A stretch of DNA of 64,000 nucleotides. Origin: Bugula neritina (lineage: Eukaryota > Animalia > Bryozoa). The DNA lies in NCBI GenBank assembly GCA_964035545.1, contig OZ037773.1, positions 10,321,751 to 10,385,750 on the forward strand, in the 5' to 3' direction. A program made the translations under genes and the position numbers. Shown piece after piece: positions 43,201-57,527 of the stretch. The notes under the pieces were generated by a model, which searched no databases, was not told where the DNA came from, and was given only the letters and a program-made list of their open reading frames with translations. Position 1 is the stretch's first letter; every line of letters begins with the position of its first letter.

Positions 43201-45195
43201 TTTTCAGCAATTCAGTGACAGACTTCAAAACTGTTGGATAACTGTATTTTAGTTAAAATATCAAAAGCTATATGCCTATCAGTTTATATTGTAAATAAAT
43301 TGATAAAAGGCAGTCCAGAAAGTTTATTGTATTATTATGTATACCTTGTATATTATATATAGCTATATTAATTATATAATATATTTATATAATTATATAT
43401 AATGTCATTGGTTTCATCATTTAATTCCATTTTAAATTTTATAGTAACCATATTTTTTAAAGCCAATAAGAAGAAATATAGAACAGCAACAATGGTGTTA
43501 TTATATTAGTCTAGTATTATTAGAGTACGCTTATATATAGTAGCATAAATATTACAGTAAAATATATATAATATGCTGCAATAGAGTACATATTGTAGTA
43601 ACTATTAGCAACTATCAACTTATATAACCCGAAGCTCTGTACTTACCAACACATTCCTCTGTCCTCCACTCTCCATCTCCACACCCTTGGAAACACAACT
43701 CTCCATTTGCACAGTTTCTTTCTCCACATTCTGTAGTCTATAAGTTGATTACAGCTGGTATACGTTATACAGGAAACTATAATACAGCTGGTATACGTTA
43801 TACGAGTAACTATAATACAGCTGGTATACGTTATACGAGTAACTATAATACAGCTGGTATACGTTATACGAGTAACTATAATACAGCTGGTATACGTTAT
43901 ACAGGAAACTATAATACAGCTGGTATACGTTATACGAGTAACTATAATACAGCTGGTATATGTTATACAGGAAACTATAATACAGCTGGTATACGTTATA
44001 CAAGTAACTATAATACAGCTGGTATACGTTATACGAGTAACTATAATAATACAGCTGGTATACGTTATACGAGAAACTATAATACAGTTGGTATACGTTA
44101 TACGAGTAACTATAATACAGTTGGTATACGTTATACGAGTAACTATAATACAGCTGATATACGTTATACATGAAACTATAATACATATTTTATATTACTT
44201 CAAAGCTTTATATCCGTATATTAAGCAGAATCACAATAACAGTAATATAGGCTAAAATATTCATGAGTAACATATTATTTGGTGGGTGATATTTATAGTA
44301 GGTAATATATATAAATAGTTAGTATTTCCCCTCACCTCAGACACCAACTCCACATACTGGCCTCTCTTTGAGCTGCTAGCCGTCTGAATATCTGCCGGAT
44401 CCAAAGTTGTGTTGAACTCATAACAAGAACCTGGGGATAAGGACATTCTCATCAGTTAGAAACTCTTTGTGACACTTTAATGCTCTCACAGATATATTAT
44501 TGTAGTACAAAAAGTATAGAATGCTGCAGGAGAAATTGCTATATATTTGTAACTTTTATAGGTCAATTTGTAAATTCAGCATTTTAGGTGTTATAGGTAT
44601 AGCTGTAAGTAAGCAAGTGTAGATATTAGTATGTATTATGGGCATAGCTAGGTGTTGGTATACAGGAAATAAACTCTTTCGGGGGGGGGGGGGGGGGGGA
44701 GGTGTTTCTCCAACAGACCAGTTTGAGAGTCTCGGTAGACGCTGAAGCATTTAAAGGGAAATGACATCATGCAGTTGGAAACACAATCGGAGACACTTCT
44801 GGAATGCTCCACCTTCTGATTGGATGAAATGGCATTTCTTGAGAGAGAAACTTCTGACCCTGGCTCTACTCTCACACAGCTCGGTAATTCTAGAATTAAC
44901 CGCGTTTATGTAAAACATGCTCTACAGTATGAGTCATTATTCAACAGAGTATTATAGTAAGAATAATATATAGTATTGCAAATATTTTATTAATATTGTT
45001 GGCAGTTTTTCCCATTTGTTGAAATATTATGCACAATAATTGTTATAGATTTTACAGTGTAAATGTAGCTAGTAATGAATACACTTATTAATTCATACCA
45101 TCACAATGTGTGAAGATAATTCCCAGTATAGCTAAGAGAACGACCAATAAGCTTTTTCCAGGAGCATTGCTTGTTACTCTGCCTAGCAGATGCAT
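37266..45195 (-). CDS. Paralog B: secreted PAN-like + Cys-rich + 3x CTHRC1-C-like protein, about 633 aa. Exons: 45195-45099, 44889-44719, 44430-44336, 43737-43647, 43110-43010, 42401-42203, 41814-41650, 41257-41139, 40909-40803, 40555-40443, 40107-39937, 39599-39407, 38330-38233, 37447-37266
   Basis: Fourteen exons with the same phases as paralog A, 1902 nt and open. Signal peptide SLLVVLLAILGIIFTHCD, then DCVSNCMMSFPFKCFS, YPKKVTASALRVNI..GGCSHWFVLFDEEECRDPG and ATGWATIFTIFVEEL. Confidence 0.85.
38565..39075. repeat. (AATAC/AATGC)n pentanucleotide satellite
   Basis: Intronic array that explains the Cys/Ile/Tyr and QYN ORFs. Confidence 0.95.
43750..44185. repeat. 33-bp minisatellite (aatacagctggtatacgttatacgagtaactat), about 13 copies
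   Basis: Intronic array next to the acceptor of paralog B exon 4. Confidence 0.9.
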
Positions 45196-46717
45196 TCTGT
45201 GAGATAGAAATATCTCATTTAAAAGACAAGCATAAATATTTAATCCAGCAATGAAAGTTTACTGTTGTTTCTACCTGAATGTTCTAAGCTATTAAAGTGT
45301 AAAAAGTAGCTAATTTCAGTTCAAAAGAACTTTTAAACTACTTTTAATTTAGCCATTAAAATTGGAGCTATATAAGTGGCTATAATTCAACTATAATTTA
45401 AAGTATAAATTTAATGCAATTATTAACCCTGTGTTCATTTACATATAATTACATTTACAGGTAAATTTATATTACTTATCTGGAGCATATATAGGGTTGA
45501 GCCAGCAGCATAGAAAATTATTCTTACTAAAGTTAACTTTTCATATTAGCATATTGCCAGAATTTTGAGACGTATACTTACATTACCAGCAGTTCTAACA
45601 GCAATAACCTCTCTTGAGTAGCAACCAGCCTTCTTAAACACTGTTGAAAGTAAAAAATCTTTAAAGAATATTGATTTCACTTTATAAAAATTGAGTTACT
45701 TGCAAACTGCATGTAAATTTCAGTAATTTGAATGTTTCAATATTTACCTGTTTCAAAAAAGACAGCATAGTATAAATATTAATCTTATGGCACGGCAAAC
45801 CTTTAACATAAATAAAGAACTACATGTAAACATATTTAATTTATTATATGCACAATGAGCAAACTGTAGCTCGTATTATTAACTCTTGTATTGTATAAAC
45901 TAAAGCCATTAATTTAATGGCTTTTAAATTATTTATAAAAAAGTTAATACTTTTGAAGTTAGAGTTTATAACGTTTGCTGCGTAATTATAATCTTCTTGT
46001 GTCAGTTCATGTACGTCAAATTTTTCCCAGTTTTAGACACGTATTTAAAGTCATTAACGAGTTTATTGTATTGAAAGTTGATTACGGACAACAAATAAAT
46101 CGTGGGTGGAGGATGATTAAAGGTAAGTTAATGCAGTGCAGCAACCACTGCTAGAGCTACTTTTATAACTTCAATTTCATTTCTCTATTTAATTTGCGTT
46201 TAAAGTTCAGTTCTTTCACAATAATTGCAGCTTTTAAATATCAAGTTAAATTGAATACTTCAGTGAGTGCATGTCACATGCTTTTATATTCAAGTACCCA
46301 ATTCAAGTATATAAGTTTCTCATGTTTAATCTAAAATTCAAGCTTTCACTTCTCACGTTTAGTTTTATGATTTGAAGTATTGGATGACGCCTGATCAATA
46401 TCTGTTCAATATAATTTTATACCAGGTTCTGACAGCCAGTTTTCTTTTTATTATTCTCATCAATTAGTCATGACTTGAACAAAAGATGACACCAGCTAAT
46501 CTTCTAGAATTTCTATATGAAACTTCCTTTTATTTTTGTTTCAATAATTATGTTTGAGCAACACACATATATAAGTATAAATTTTGCCTGGCGAAGTGTT
46601 AATTTATTTGCTGTGCAAATTGAGAAATTAAACACTTTAAGATGAAAATCGCTGCTCTTAAACAGTCACACAGTTTTCATTAGCTTGCCGGTTGTAGGTT
46701 TGAAAAAGGGTGAGTCA

Positions 46718-47066
<349 letters not shown>

Positions 47067-48293
47067 TAAAGAACTACACAATGACCAGATCAGTTGCTGC
47101 CTTGTTTTATCTGACAGCATCCCTCTACCATTTCTCCATAGTCTGTGGGTTTTCATTGACAAGATCAGGTAGGCCTTCTTTTGAAACATTTTTTTTTCTA
47201 TAAAATACTGCTCAGATATCTCCCATTTTACTTGCAATAAAATGAAGTGCTTTTTAAAATTTGTTCCAATTCGTTCCAAAAAATATTAAAAAAATGTTTC
47301 AAATTTTAGTTATATGTTTTGGCTTATTTTATTCACTATCAAAGTTTGGCATTTGTAAAGTTTACACTTTTAATCAATGATATGACATGCTATTTGACTA
47401 TGTGTGCATTTATGTGTTGAGGAAATTTAAATCACATAGTAAGAAGCATTTCTTGTACCATGCGTCTCACTGTTTAGTAAATATATCTGCATTAGTTTAC
47501 AACTGAATAACACACAATAGTCTATTTACAGATATTTCTAACTGTGTCTACGCACATGTTCATGATGAGTTACCCATCTTGAACAACCTCACCATGTCTA
47601 ATGCTGTCATCAGAACGAGAAGCGTTCTAGAATGCATTTCAGAATGTATGATGTCATTTCCTTTTGACTGCATTAGTGCTGTGAGAAACTCCCGAACAGG
47701 TTGGTTCATAGAGCACGTATCCTATATGACTCATACAACAGAGAAACTAAATACGAGTTGCTTTCACATGTGCACTAGAGTTGACAGTGTAGACTTTATA
47801 TAATCAGTCTAAAAAAGAAGCTGTACTCTGAATAAACGGTTTTGAAGACATCATAGCAATATTTTTTTTGTATAATATCAAAATGTGCCAAAACTGTTTG
47901 CAAAGTGTTACAATTTCACTGATTACTAAGATTCTCTTAAACTATTTTACTCATATGGCATATAAAAGGTGTTGCAATAGAGCAAGACAACTGTTTTAAC
48001 TTCAATCTATCAATGCAATAAAACAAGATGAATATTTCAAATTCAATTGATCAAAGTTTCTACGACAATTCATATTTTTCAGGAGAGTGCTACACGTTCA
48101 GATCTTATCTCAAAGGAATGCAGGGAGTACCTAACTCTGACACTCCTACTGGACAGTATATTCAGTTACACTTTAGTGGAGAGGTAAATGTCTTATAATA
48201 CACTAGTATACTTGCAATTAATACATTTTACTTATAAATATGTAGTCATACACTAGTGATAAACTTGTCCTGTTATAGGCATTTATAATTAAC

Positions 48294-48440
48294 ACACACA
48301 CACCCACACACTCGCACACTCGCACACTCGCACACTCGCACACTCGCACACTCGCACACTCGCACACTCGCACACTCGCACAATCGCACAATCGCACAAT
48401 CGCACACTCGCACACTCGCACAATCGCACACTCACACACA
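48294..48440. repeat. (CACACTCG)n 8-bp microsatellite
   Basis: Intronic tandem array. Confidence 0.9.
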
Positions 48441-51400
48441 TACTAAAATAGCAATAATATTTTAGTCACTTGAGTGCAATGATTCAGATTGTGCTGAAGA
48501 TGAAATCTGCTTCAAAAGATGTGGTGATCTAAGCTCCAACTCGAAGTTGTGTATCGGTAGGTAAAAACTAATCTGCAAAAAAACTAATACTAACTTAGTC
48601 CTCTACAGGCACTATAACCTTACTGCTAAGATAAAAGTCAAAGTCAAAGTTAAAAAGCATAATATCAGTGTACCAAACTTTTGTTCAATGATTGCAAAAT
48701 AAGATTTATATGTTTCAATAGTATATTGATTACAACTGGTGTAGTTGTTGCTAATTTGATGAACTTAAGAATATCTGTATCAAGTAGGCAGAGCAAATTA
48801 TTTTGGTTTAACTTTGTGTTTCAGCTGATCAGAGAGGACAATGTGCAATGACCAAGGAACATGATAACATCAGGTACTATTGGACTGGCAGTCTCAATGA
48901 AGAGAAGACAACTGGGGATGTTTTGGTAAAATACTCTTCATTCTAGGTTTGAAGGCCTTTCGTACTGTTTGATACCTTGTTGAAAATTTTGATATTTTTC
49001 TGAAGTTGCCAATTTAATATTCTAAATAAAATGTAAGTATGGAAAAATAATAATACAATATTATATAAGTCTACAGAAAGCATTTGCCTTTGCAATCCAA
49101 CTTTACAAACTTTGCTAACTTATGCTACAGAGCTAGTAAATCTTTATTTTTTTAATATTAGAAAAATTTAAAACAGAATTAAAATTTATATATTTTAATT
49201 TTTCTTTCACAAAAAGCAATGTTATATTTTTCCTAATCTGATGACTTATCAAGAATAAAGTGATTTGAAATTTATACCATAATATTTAACTAAAGGGTTT
49301 CATTTGTTGTTGAGTAGGATATATTTTTTTTCAGTTGTTGACTTACCCAAAGAGAGAAGATAACTCTGGATTGAAGATTCAAGTAAACATGGTAGTCCAT
49401 AGCTCGGGGACTTCAGGAGGATGTAGTCAGTGGTCTGTCTTGTTTAACGGGTTGGAGTGTGACAGCCCCGCACCAATACAACACACAGAGTACTACCCAG
49501 CTGCAGATGGGCTCTTCTACAGAACAATGAACAGTAAGATTTATTAAGATTTTATAAACTATAAACTTTACATAACTTTAATAAAGTTTTGTAACACTTT
49601 GGAATACAAAATAATACCATGCAGTGACTTGTAATGTAATTTACATTTTAGGAGGCAACTTGCATTGGGCTCCAAACTCTCATATTACAGAATAAAAATA
49701 ACTAAACATAATATATGTTATATTTCATTTTATCACAATTAGAGCCTCGTTTTCGTAAAGACTGGTTCTATAAATATTAATACATAAGTCACATCGAGAA
49801 GTTAAGAGATTTACCAGCTTATTTACTAATATATAACAACATCTATAGGCAAGCAATTATCTGCCTGACAGCAAAATATTCTAGCTAGCTGAACTGCTTC
49901 AGTCTGCTAAACTTTATTTGCTAGAAGTTACAATAAAGTGCTGAACTAATGCATTAGGTAATTTCAAAACCATGTGTTTAGTTGACGGAACGTGCCATGC
50001 ACAATCTCCCGAGAGGTGACTCTGAAATCAGAGTTGTGGTTGACTTCTGTGAAGGTTTCTCCCAGAGCAGAAGTGTGTCTGGATGGAGCTATTCCACCAA
50101 CGTTCTGATTCTGGAGATCAACTCTCCAACTCCTCACCAAACATCTGGTGAGTATAAATAGAGCCAAGTGTTGTACTAAACTTTTACATCTTAGATGGAT
50201 AGTACATTTTTATAGTGCTGTTTTATAAATTCAAAAAATGTTCAATAACTATATTTTAATTTCTGTCCAAATGTAAAACATATTCTCAACCAACAAATCT
50301 ATGTTTGGCAATACGCTTATATCTCTATTGTCATTATATTTTGGCTAAATCATGCACAAAATATTTAGACTTTCAAGCTGATATGTTTGGAAATTTAACA
50401 TTTGACAGTCAATGCAAAAATATAATTACATAAATAATTGAGTTGCTGAGCAATTAGCATTTAAGTAATTTCGTGGCACCTTGTATACAATGTGGGTATA
50501 ATTTTAACAGGTGAATGTCCAAGGTTGAACACACTCAACTACATGTATTACAACTGGAGAGAACTTTTTGAAATGACAGTGGATTTTCAGCAAGAGAGTA
50601 AAATTATCAAAGTAAGATGTATTAAATTATCTCATAGGTAAAAAGAGGCAACCTATTTGTGTTTTTATACAAATAATATATTTATAACTTTTAAAAATAT
50701 GCTGCTGTATATAAGAAATATCTGTAGAAAAGAGAGAGCTTCTCTTAACTTTTCAAATCATCTAGACTTTATAGAATCAATTGATAGGCCCAATTACTAT
50801 CTTGTTATGGTAAAAGAAATTATTCTTTCCCCACAAATAAACTAATTGCACTATCCTGATGCCAATTATAAAATTATAAACTGCTTTTGCCAAGAAAATT
50901 ACAATTAACATAAATATTGTCAGCCACATCTTAGCAAGACATGTTTGCCTTCAAAGTGGATTAATTCTTATAGATTTTAAACGTTATGAGAATTGCTTAT
51001 TGATGAGATAAGAATGTACCATGTTCACTAAACAAGCTGCTTATATTCAATATCATGTTACTATACAGGCAGTGGAATACGTGAAACTAGCAAGTGACAC
51101 TCATCTTCACATTAAGTACATTTCCACCATTTCTCTCGATGGCTCCAGTCACAGCGACAACAGGTGTGCTCGCTGGTAGGAGATTCTTAAATATAAGATA
51201 CGACTTTGTTATTTCTTTTGACACTGCAGTAGTTAAATTCAGGTTGATTCAAGAATTTATTAGGCACAAAAGCAAAGTTATGTGTAATCTAATGCTTTTA
51301 ATTTTAGTGTGAAATGCTCGAGTTTTGCTTTAATGACTATCAATATTAATTGTTCTTTGATAAAATAAAAGATTATTTTGTTCAAATATTCTATTTTCTA

Positions 51401-52969
51401 GTTTTTAATATAAAAGCTGTCAAAGCACTTATTAAGAAGTTTTAAAACAAAATATTGAGTAACTGCAATCACCAAGATATATTAGGAACTTAGTCTAATA
51501 TCATAGTAATCTGCAGCCTGAGAATGTTTTGCTCTTGAAACGTAAGTGAAGATATCCATAATTTCATATTCACTCTACTTTTGTGCAGGTATATTCAGAT
51601 CAATGGAACGGAATGTGACCCCAAAGTTGAGATTGTAATACATCCCAGTGCCTCATCATCTGCTGACTACTTTGGCAAATACGCAAGGTCACGTGCAGGT
51701 AGCTAAGGTCACGCACAGGGTATAAGATAACTTGAATCTAATGATTGCATTGAGTGAATTAGAATAATTATTTATTACTAGCATGTAAGATTTTTATTGT
51801 TGTATTGTGATATTAGCCCAACTCACCAGTTTCATGCTAGAACCCACAGGTATTTCTATGTGTATTCATTCATGGCTATCACAAAGCTTTTCATTTGAAC
51901 CAAAAGCTATGATGTCATAACTCCAAACACCACAGACCTATAATTATATACAGTATATTAATGTAACATATTATTATTAACCACAACCATTGGTTGGTGC
52001 AACAGTATTTGTTATGTCAGAAATTTTTCTGCTTTTTTCTGCACTCAATTGCATGCAGTTTAGAAGCTCAATAGATTATGGCAAATATTTGTTCTGCTTA
52101 AGAATTTCATTTTTCTGCAAATATACCTGAGACTGCATAGCAATAGCTTAGTATTCATGTTTGCAATATGATGTGACTTCCTAAAGTTGAAGGGGTGTGC
52201 CAGAATGTTCTAGAAGCTGGAGTCTACAGAGTAGAGATCTGGGTTGGTGGCTGTGCCATTCTCTACTCTCAGCCTGTCACTGTAACCACTGGAGCTCTCA
52301 ACACTACGTCATACCTTCACGTACAGGAAGTCAGGGCGGGGCTTCCTGTAACTGCTGGTCAGTATCTTGAACACCCGGATGTTAAGATTGAGCTGTCAAT
52401 TCGTTAAGTTACCGTTAGACTGAGCTGAAGCTGGCTCTGCATGTGATTGGTCCCTGACAAGCAATGGCGGAATAGAATAATAAACCTTGGAAATCTATGT
52501 TGTTGTATTCTAACATTAAATATTGCTTTATAAACCTCTTTTAGCTTATACCGACATTAAATAAATCTTAGTTTTTACAAACATCTAAGCTAATTAATCT
52601 AAATAGTAATGACTGTAGATGAATTAGGTCAAACAGATTATTGGTATGAATCAATAATGGGTCAATATTTTTAATTTCCTTTTTTATGATCACTGTTATA
52701 GCAACTTTGGCAAGCATTTATGTATTAAAATTCATTAACCAGGTAATTTAGTAGTGAAAGTTGCTACCTCATGTCTCCTTGGTTGTAGTTTGGACTGACA
52801 ATGAGATATTTTCCACTGAAATTGGGAAAGTGTTCGCAGCAGTAGAGAGTCCATTGAATGCTCCGGAAGATTCTGGTGTCTTGATGAGTTTCACTTATGA
52901 GAAGAAGTTTCTGGACACTAGTCTGAGATTAACAGCCAGCGGGGACCACAGATCAGCATACAAGTCTGG

Positions 52970-53218
52970 GTACTCAGGCTGTGGTAGATGGTAAGTACCT
53001 ATGTACTCAGGTAGATGATACCTGTCTATATACTCAGGTAAATGGTACGCATCTATGTACTCAGGTAGATGGTAAGTATGTCTACAGGTACTCAGGTAGA
53101 TGGTACGTATCTATGTACTCAGGTAAATGGTACGTATATATGTACTCAGGTAGATGGTAAGTATATATATGTACTCAGGTAGATGGTATGTATATATGTA
53201 CTCAGGTAGATGGTATAT
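52970..53218 (+). repeat. 27-31-bp minisatellite copying the end of paralog C exon 12 and its donor (gtactcagg..tagatg|gtaagt)
   Basis: About 8 units starting at the exon/intron junction. Confidence 0.85.
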
Positions 53219-54297
53219 ATGTCTCTGATTAGTCAAGGTGTGAAAGCAGCTAGAGTGAAACATGATTTTAATCATATAATTATGGTTATTAGAAAATAAA
53301 ATATGAAAGGTATTGCAGTGAAATGAAAACTAATATGAAATGTAAATTATTGATTGACTATAGGTATAGAATTTTGAACTCCTTCTACTTTTAATTTCAC
53401 TAGTGCTTATGATATAAAACTGACATTGCAAATTATAATCAAATTTCAAAACCGTCGCCTCAATTTTTAACAGTAGATATTGTCTTATGACAGTTTCAAA
53501 CTGTTTAGTAAATAATAAAGTCAGTTGCCCCATAAAATTAAGAAACATGCTGTGTGTGGTTAAGACTCTCAGGTATTTCCTGATAGACGGAGGTGAGTGT
53601 AGAGATCCTGGACCAATAGAAGGAGTTAGCTCATTTGACTACCCAGCTAACTATCACAACTCAATGCAAGGTAGGCGTCATATAATCTTACTATATAATA
53701 TAATGTTGGAAATGGCTTTTGGGATATTTGTTGAGCAAAAAGGCAATCTTTTAAATTTATTGTGCAAATGCTAAATTGCAGTATATTATTTTGTGTTTCA
53801 GTTAACAAATATTAGTTTAAAAACAGTTTTCTTTTGTTTGAAATTTGACTGTAAATTTAATTTAATTGCACTGCACTTTAAGCTACGGCAATAGTGAAAA
53901 GCTAAATAACCATTATGATTCACATACATAGCACTGAATAATATCTCTGTGACTCTATTACTGACATGACGTTTCATTCTAGTCAGTGGTGTCTGCCACA
54001 ACATCTCTTCAGGAAACAGAGAAATAGCCTACGCTGTCGGACTGTGTTCTGGTCAATTACTTCCCATAGATCAGATGAGTTCTCCTGAGATTTTCAATGT
54101 AGAAGAGATTATTTTTTGCTCCAAGTAACTGTGGGTTAGCTAAAATTAGTAGCCTACAAAGCTCACTTTGAAGTGCATACAGCTGTGTAAATGCTAATAA
54201 ATGTTTATTAAAATAAATATTTCTGTAACAATTAGCTGGTGTATATACATGTGTCTTGTATTTAGTTAGATAGCAAAATATTATTGCAATATTATAA

Positions 54298-54988
54298 CCC
54301 TTATTCGATCAATAGACCATATATGTCCCTCAAAGCGACACTATCCACAGATCAATGGACCATATATGGTCTTTTACGTATATAAACAATAGCGCTTACT
54401 TTAAACTTTCAGTTTTCAACCGGATAGCCTAAAAGTTTTTGTAATTGATGTTGATGGTGCAGCTTAGTAATTTTGGGATAATTATAGCCATTTAATTTAA
54501 TTAAATGAATAGCTACCAAGCCAGCTATTTGCTTTTCAATGTAATCCCTGAATTTCAAAATTATCGCTAAATTTTAACGCTACTTTCAAATGCAAGAAAC
54601 TGCTGTCAAATTAGATAGAGCCAGTTTAATTTATTCAGATTACATTTAGAAAAACATATAAATAAACAGAAATGTTAAAGTCACTATATTTTGAATCATA
54701 TTGTAAATTAATTTTTATCATTTTGAATTTTCAAATTTAAAATGGCGGTTTTGAGAGGTCAAATTAAAATGACTGATTTTAGCTAGAATTGAGGTCTCCC
54801 GTCACTTTAAGAAGCTTTTTATAATAGAAAATATTCTTAAAATTATATTACCCAGTTTATTTAAGGCCAAAATCAAGTGTAATTTTTTAATGATGAAATT
54901 GAAAGTTGTGCAAAATTTGTTAGCAAATTTCGCGATAAACTCAAACGAGGCATAAAATTACGTAACTTCAAAGTTGATCGCGAAAGAG
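54298..54988. mobile_element. Degenerate MITE-like element, possibly piggyBac-type
   Basis: Imperfect inverted ends cccttattcgatcaa / ttgatcgcgaaagag and an internal direct repeat gatcaat.gaccatatatg. No intact TTAA duplication. Confidence 0.35.
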
Positions 54989-55023
54989 CAATATTATAAC
55001 AGGTATAGCACATGTGTATGTTA

Positions 55024-56171
55024 CAGGGTTGGGGTAATTGTAATTTGTAATTGTAATTGGCTGTAATTAATTACATTTTTTCAAGTAATTGAATGTAATT
55101 TGTAATTGAGGTTTAAAAATGTAATTGTAATTGTAATTGTAATTAATTACATATCTAATGTAATTGATTTTTACAATTACTTTATAATTACATGTCAATT
55201 ACTTCAAACTTTTAAATCTTAAAAAACTCCTTTTTCTACAATGCCTATTGGTAAATAACAAATTCAGATAGTTAGGTCAGTAAAGTAGGGTCATTCCATG
55301 CCAGCTCACCGAATTGCCCGCGTCTATTTGCTTCGCAGATTTTGTTCATGTTTACACCAAATAGACCTACAAATGCCTCACGTACTCTTCTTCAGTATTT
55401 CTGACCTGACACAAATTTTTTTTGAGAACTGACTACTTTTGTGGACAAAGGTTGAGAAACATTTTGAGGACAATTTGTGATTTCTACTTTGAGACTAATC
55501 TATAAACGTCTATATCTCAATCATTTTTCTAGACTGAGCCTTAAAATTTGCTGTGTGATTTGATAATACCTATCAATTTGCACTAGTAGCAACACATATT
55601 ACAGAATACTTTGTGCGCTTATATGCAAAGTCATTGAATATGAACAAATCTTTGTAAATTTTGAAAAATTGCAAATACCCACCTAATCAAATTTTAAATT
55701 GCTTATAAATTGGTCTAAAAGTATAAATCACAAATTTTCCTCAAAATATTTTCCAATCTTTGTTCACCAAAGTAGTAATTTCTCAAAATGTTTTTGTGTC
55801 AGGCCAGAAATATTCACGAATGGTAATCTGAACATGTGTAGGTTTATTTAGTGTAAATATGAGTTGGACGTGGGACCCCTTGAAAGTTGGTTGATTTGGT
55901 ATGGAATGACATAATAGTATCACTGTAGAAAATAAAAGAGGTTCACCACTGTCAACACTGCCCCTGGTAGTTAGACCCTAGAAGTGACTTCTATTTATTT
56001 ATATGAGAACAAAAGTAATTGTAATTGTAATTAATTACATTGCCATGTAATTGTAATTGTAATTAATTACATTTATTTTAACTGTAATTATAATTGTAAT
56101 TGTAATTGACAAATCTTCATGTAATTGTAATTGTAATTAATTACATTTACATGTAATTGACCCCAACCCTG
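55024..56171. mobile_element. Non-autonomous hAT-type element with 8-bp TSD
   Basis: TIRs cagggttgggg / ccccaaccctg, exact target duplication gtatgtta (55016-55023 and 56172-56179), and subterminal (gtaatt)n repeats at both ends. Confidence 0.9.
55286..55913. mobile_element. Foldback MITE nested inside the hAT element
   Basis: Ends gtcattccatgcca / tggtatggaatgac, with diverged inverted arms extending over 200 bp (e.g. ttctgacctgacacaaa vs tttgtgtcaggccagaa). Confidence 0.6.
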
Positions 56172-56189
56172 GTATGTTATATATGAAAA

Positions 56190-56790
<601 letters not shown>

Positions 56791-57152
56791 TATATGTATG
56801 CGTATATAAAGATATATAGTATAGTTAATAATAACTGATAAATAGCACATGCACAATGTTATAATTGATACGCATGCAGGTAAACACAATGCATATATGT
56901 ACGCTAACATTAAAATTCTCCCCAGTGCTACTTATTAGGAAAACTGCCGCTACTTCCAGTTTATAGAGAAGACAACTCTAAAGCCTCTGTACGAAAATGA
57001 CACACAATATACTACAATATGTTAGACAAGAGTCATCCTTTAGTTTATTACAAGACAATGTTTAGTTTCACTGACACACACATTCTGATTCAGTTTGGAG
57101 AAGTAGTGCACTAGAAGTTGTTTACTCAGAGAGCTGTGGGAAATCTGTATAG

Positions 57153-57496
57153 TTAGGAATCACAGTCTATAGGGGTGCCGGTGCATGTCTTGGATTCCTT
57201 TAGCCACAATTCCTCTACTAAGATGTTGAAAGAGGATCTCCAACCAGTGTGGGGGTCGGCCGCCCGCCCGTCACATCCACGCACAGCATAGACTATGGTG
57301 TGAGCCTGTCCTGAGGCTATCCCGTGGCATATCCCACTCACTGTAACACATGTTGGCTAGAAGGGGAGTTATTAGACCGTGCATGTTTAAAATATTCACA
57401 GCTTGGAGAAGATATCAATATTCAAACTAATGCAATCAATTACATATGCATATAATATAACATCATATAGTATGGTGTAATATAGTATCATATAAT

Positions 57497-57527
<31 letters not shown>

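Larger units (their letters stand above)
47081..54128 (+). pseudogene. Paralog C of the PAN-like + 3x CTHRC1-C-like family, frameshifted in exon 7. Exons: 47081-47168, 47532-47699, 48083-48183, 48466-48556, 48825-48925, 49335-49533, 49982-50147, 50511-50611, 51069-51175, 51589-51698, 52187-52357, 52789-52990, 53573-53670, 53983-54128
   Basis: Same 14-exon layout, with signal peptide [23 protein letters not shown]. Exon 7 is 166 nt against 162 in A (extra catg near 49996), giving TGA at 50017. The last exon is shorter and lacks the TGW motif. Confidence 0.75.

Noticed and set aside
43745-44186. 33-bp periodic array and NTAGIRYTSNY ORF, superficially CRISPR-like or a repeat protein
   Set aside because: Head-to-tail repeats with no unique spacers, no cas genes, and a eukaryotic intronic location.
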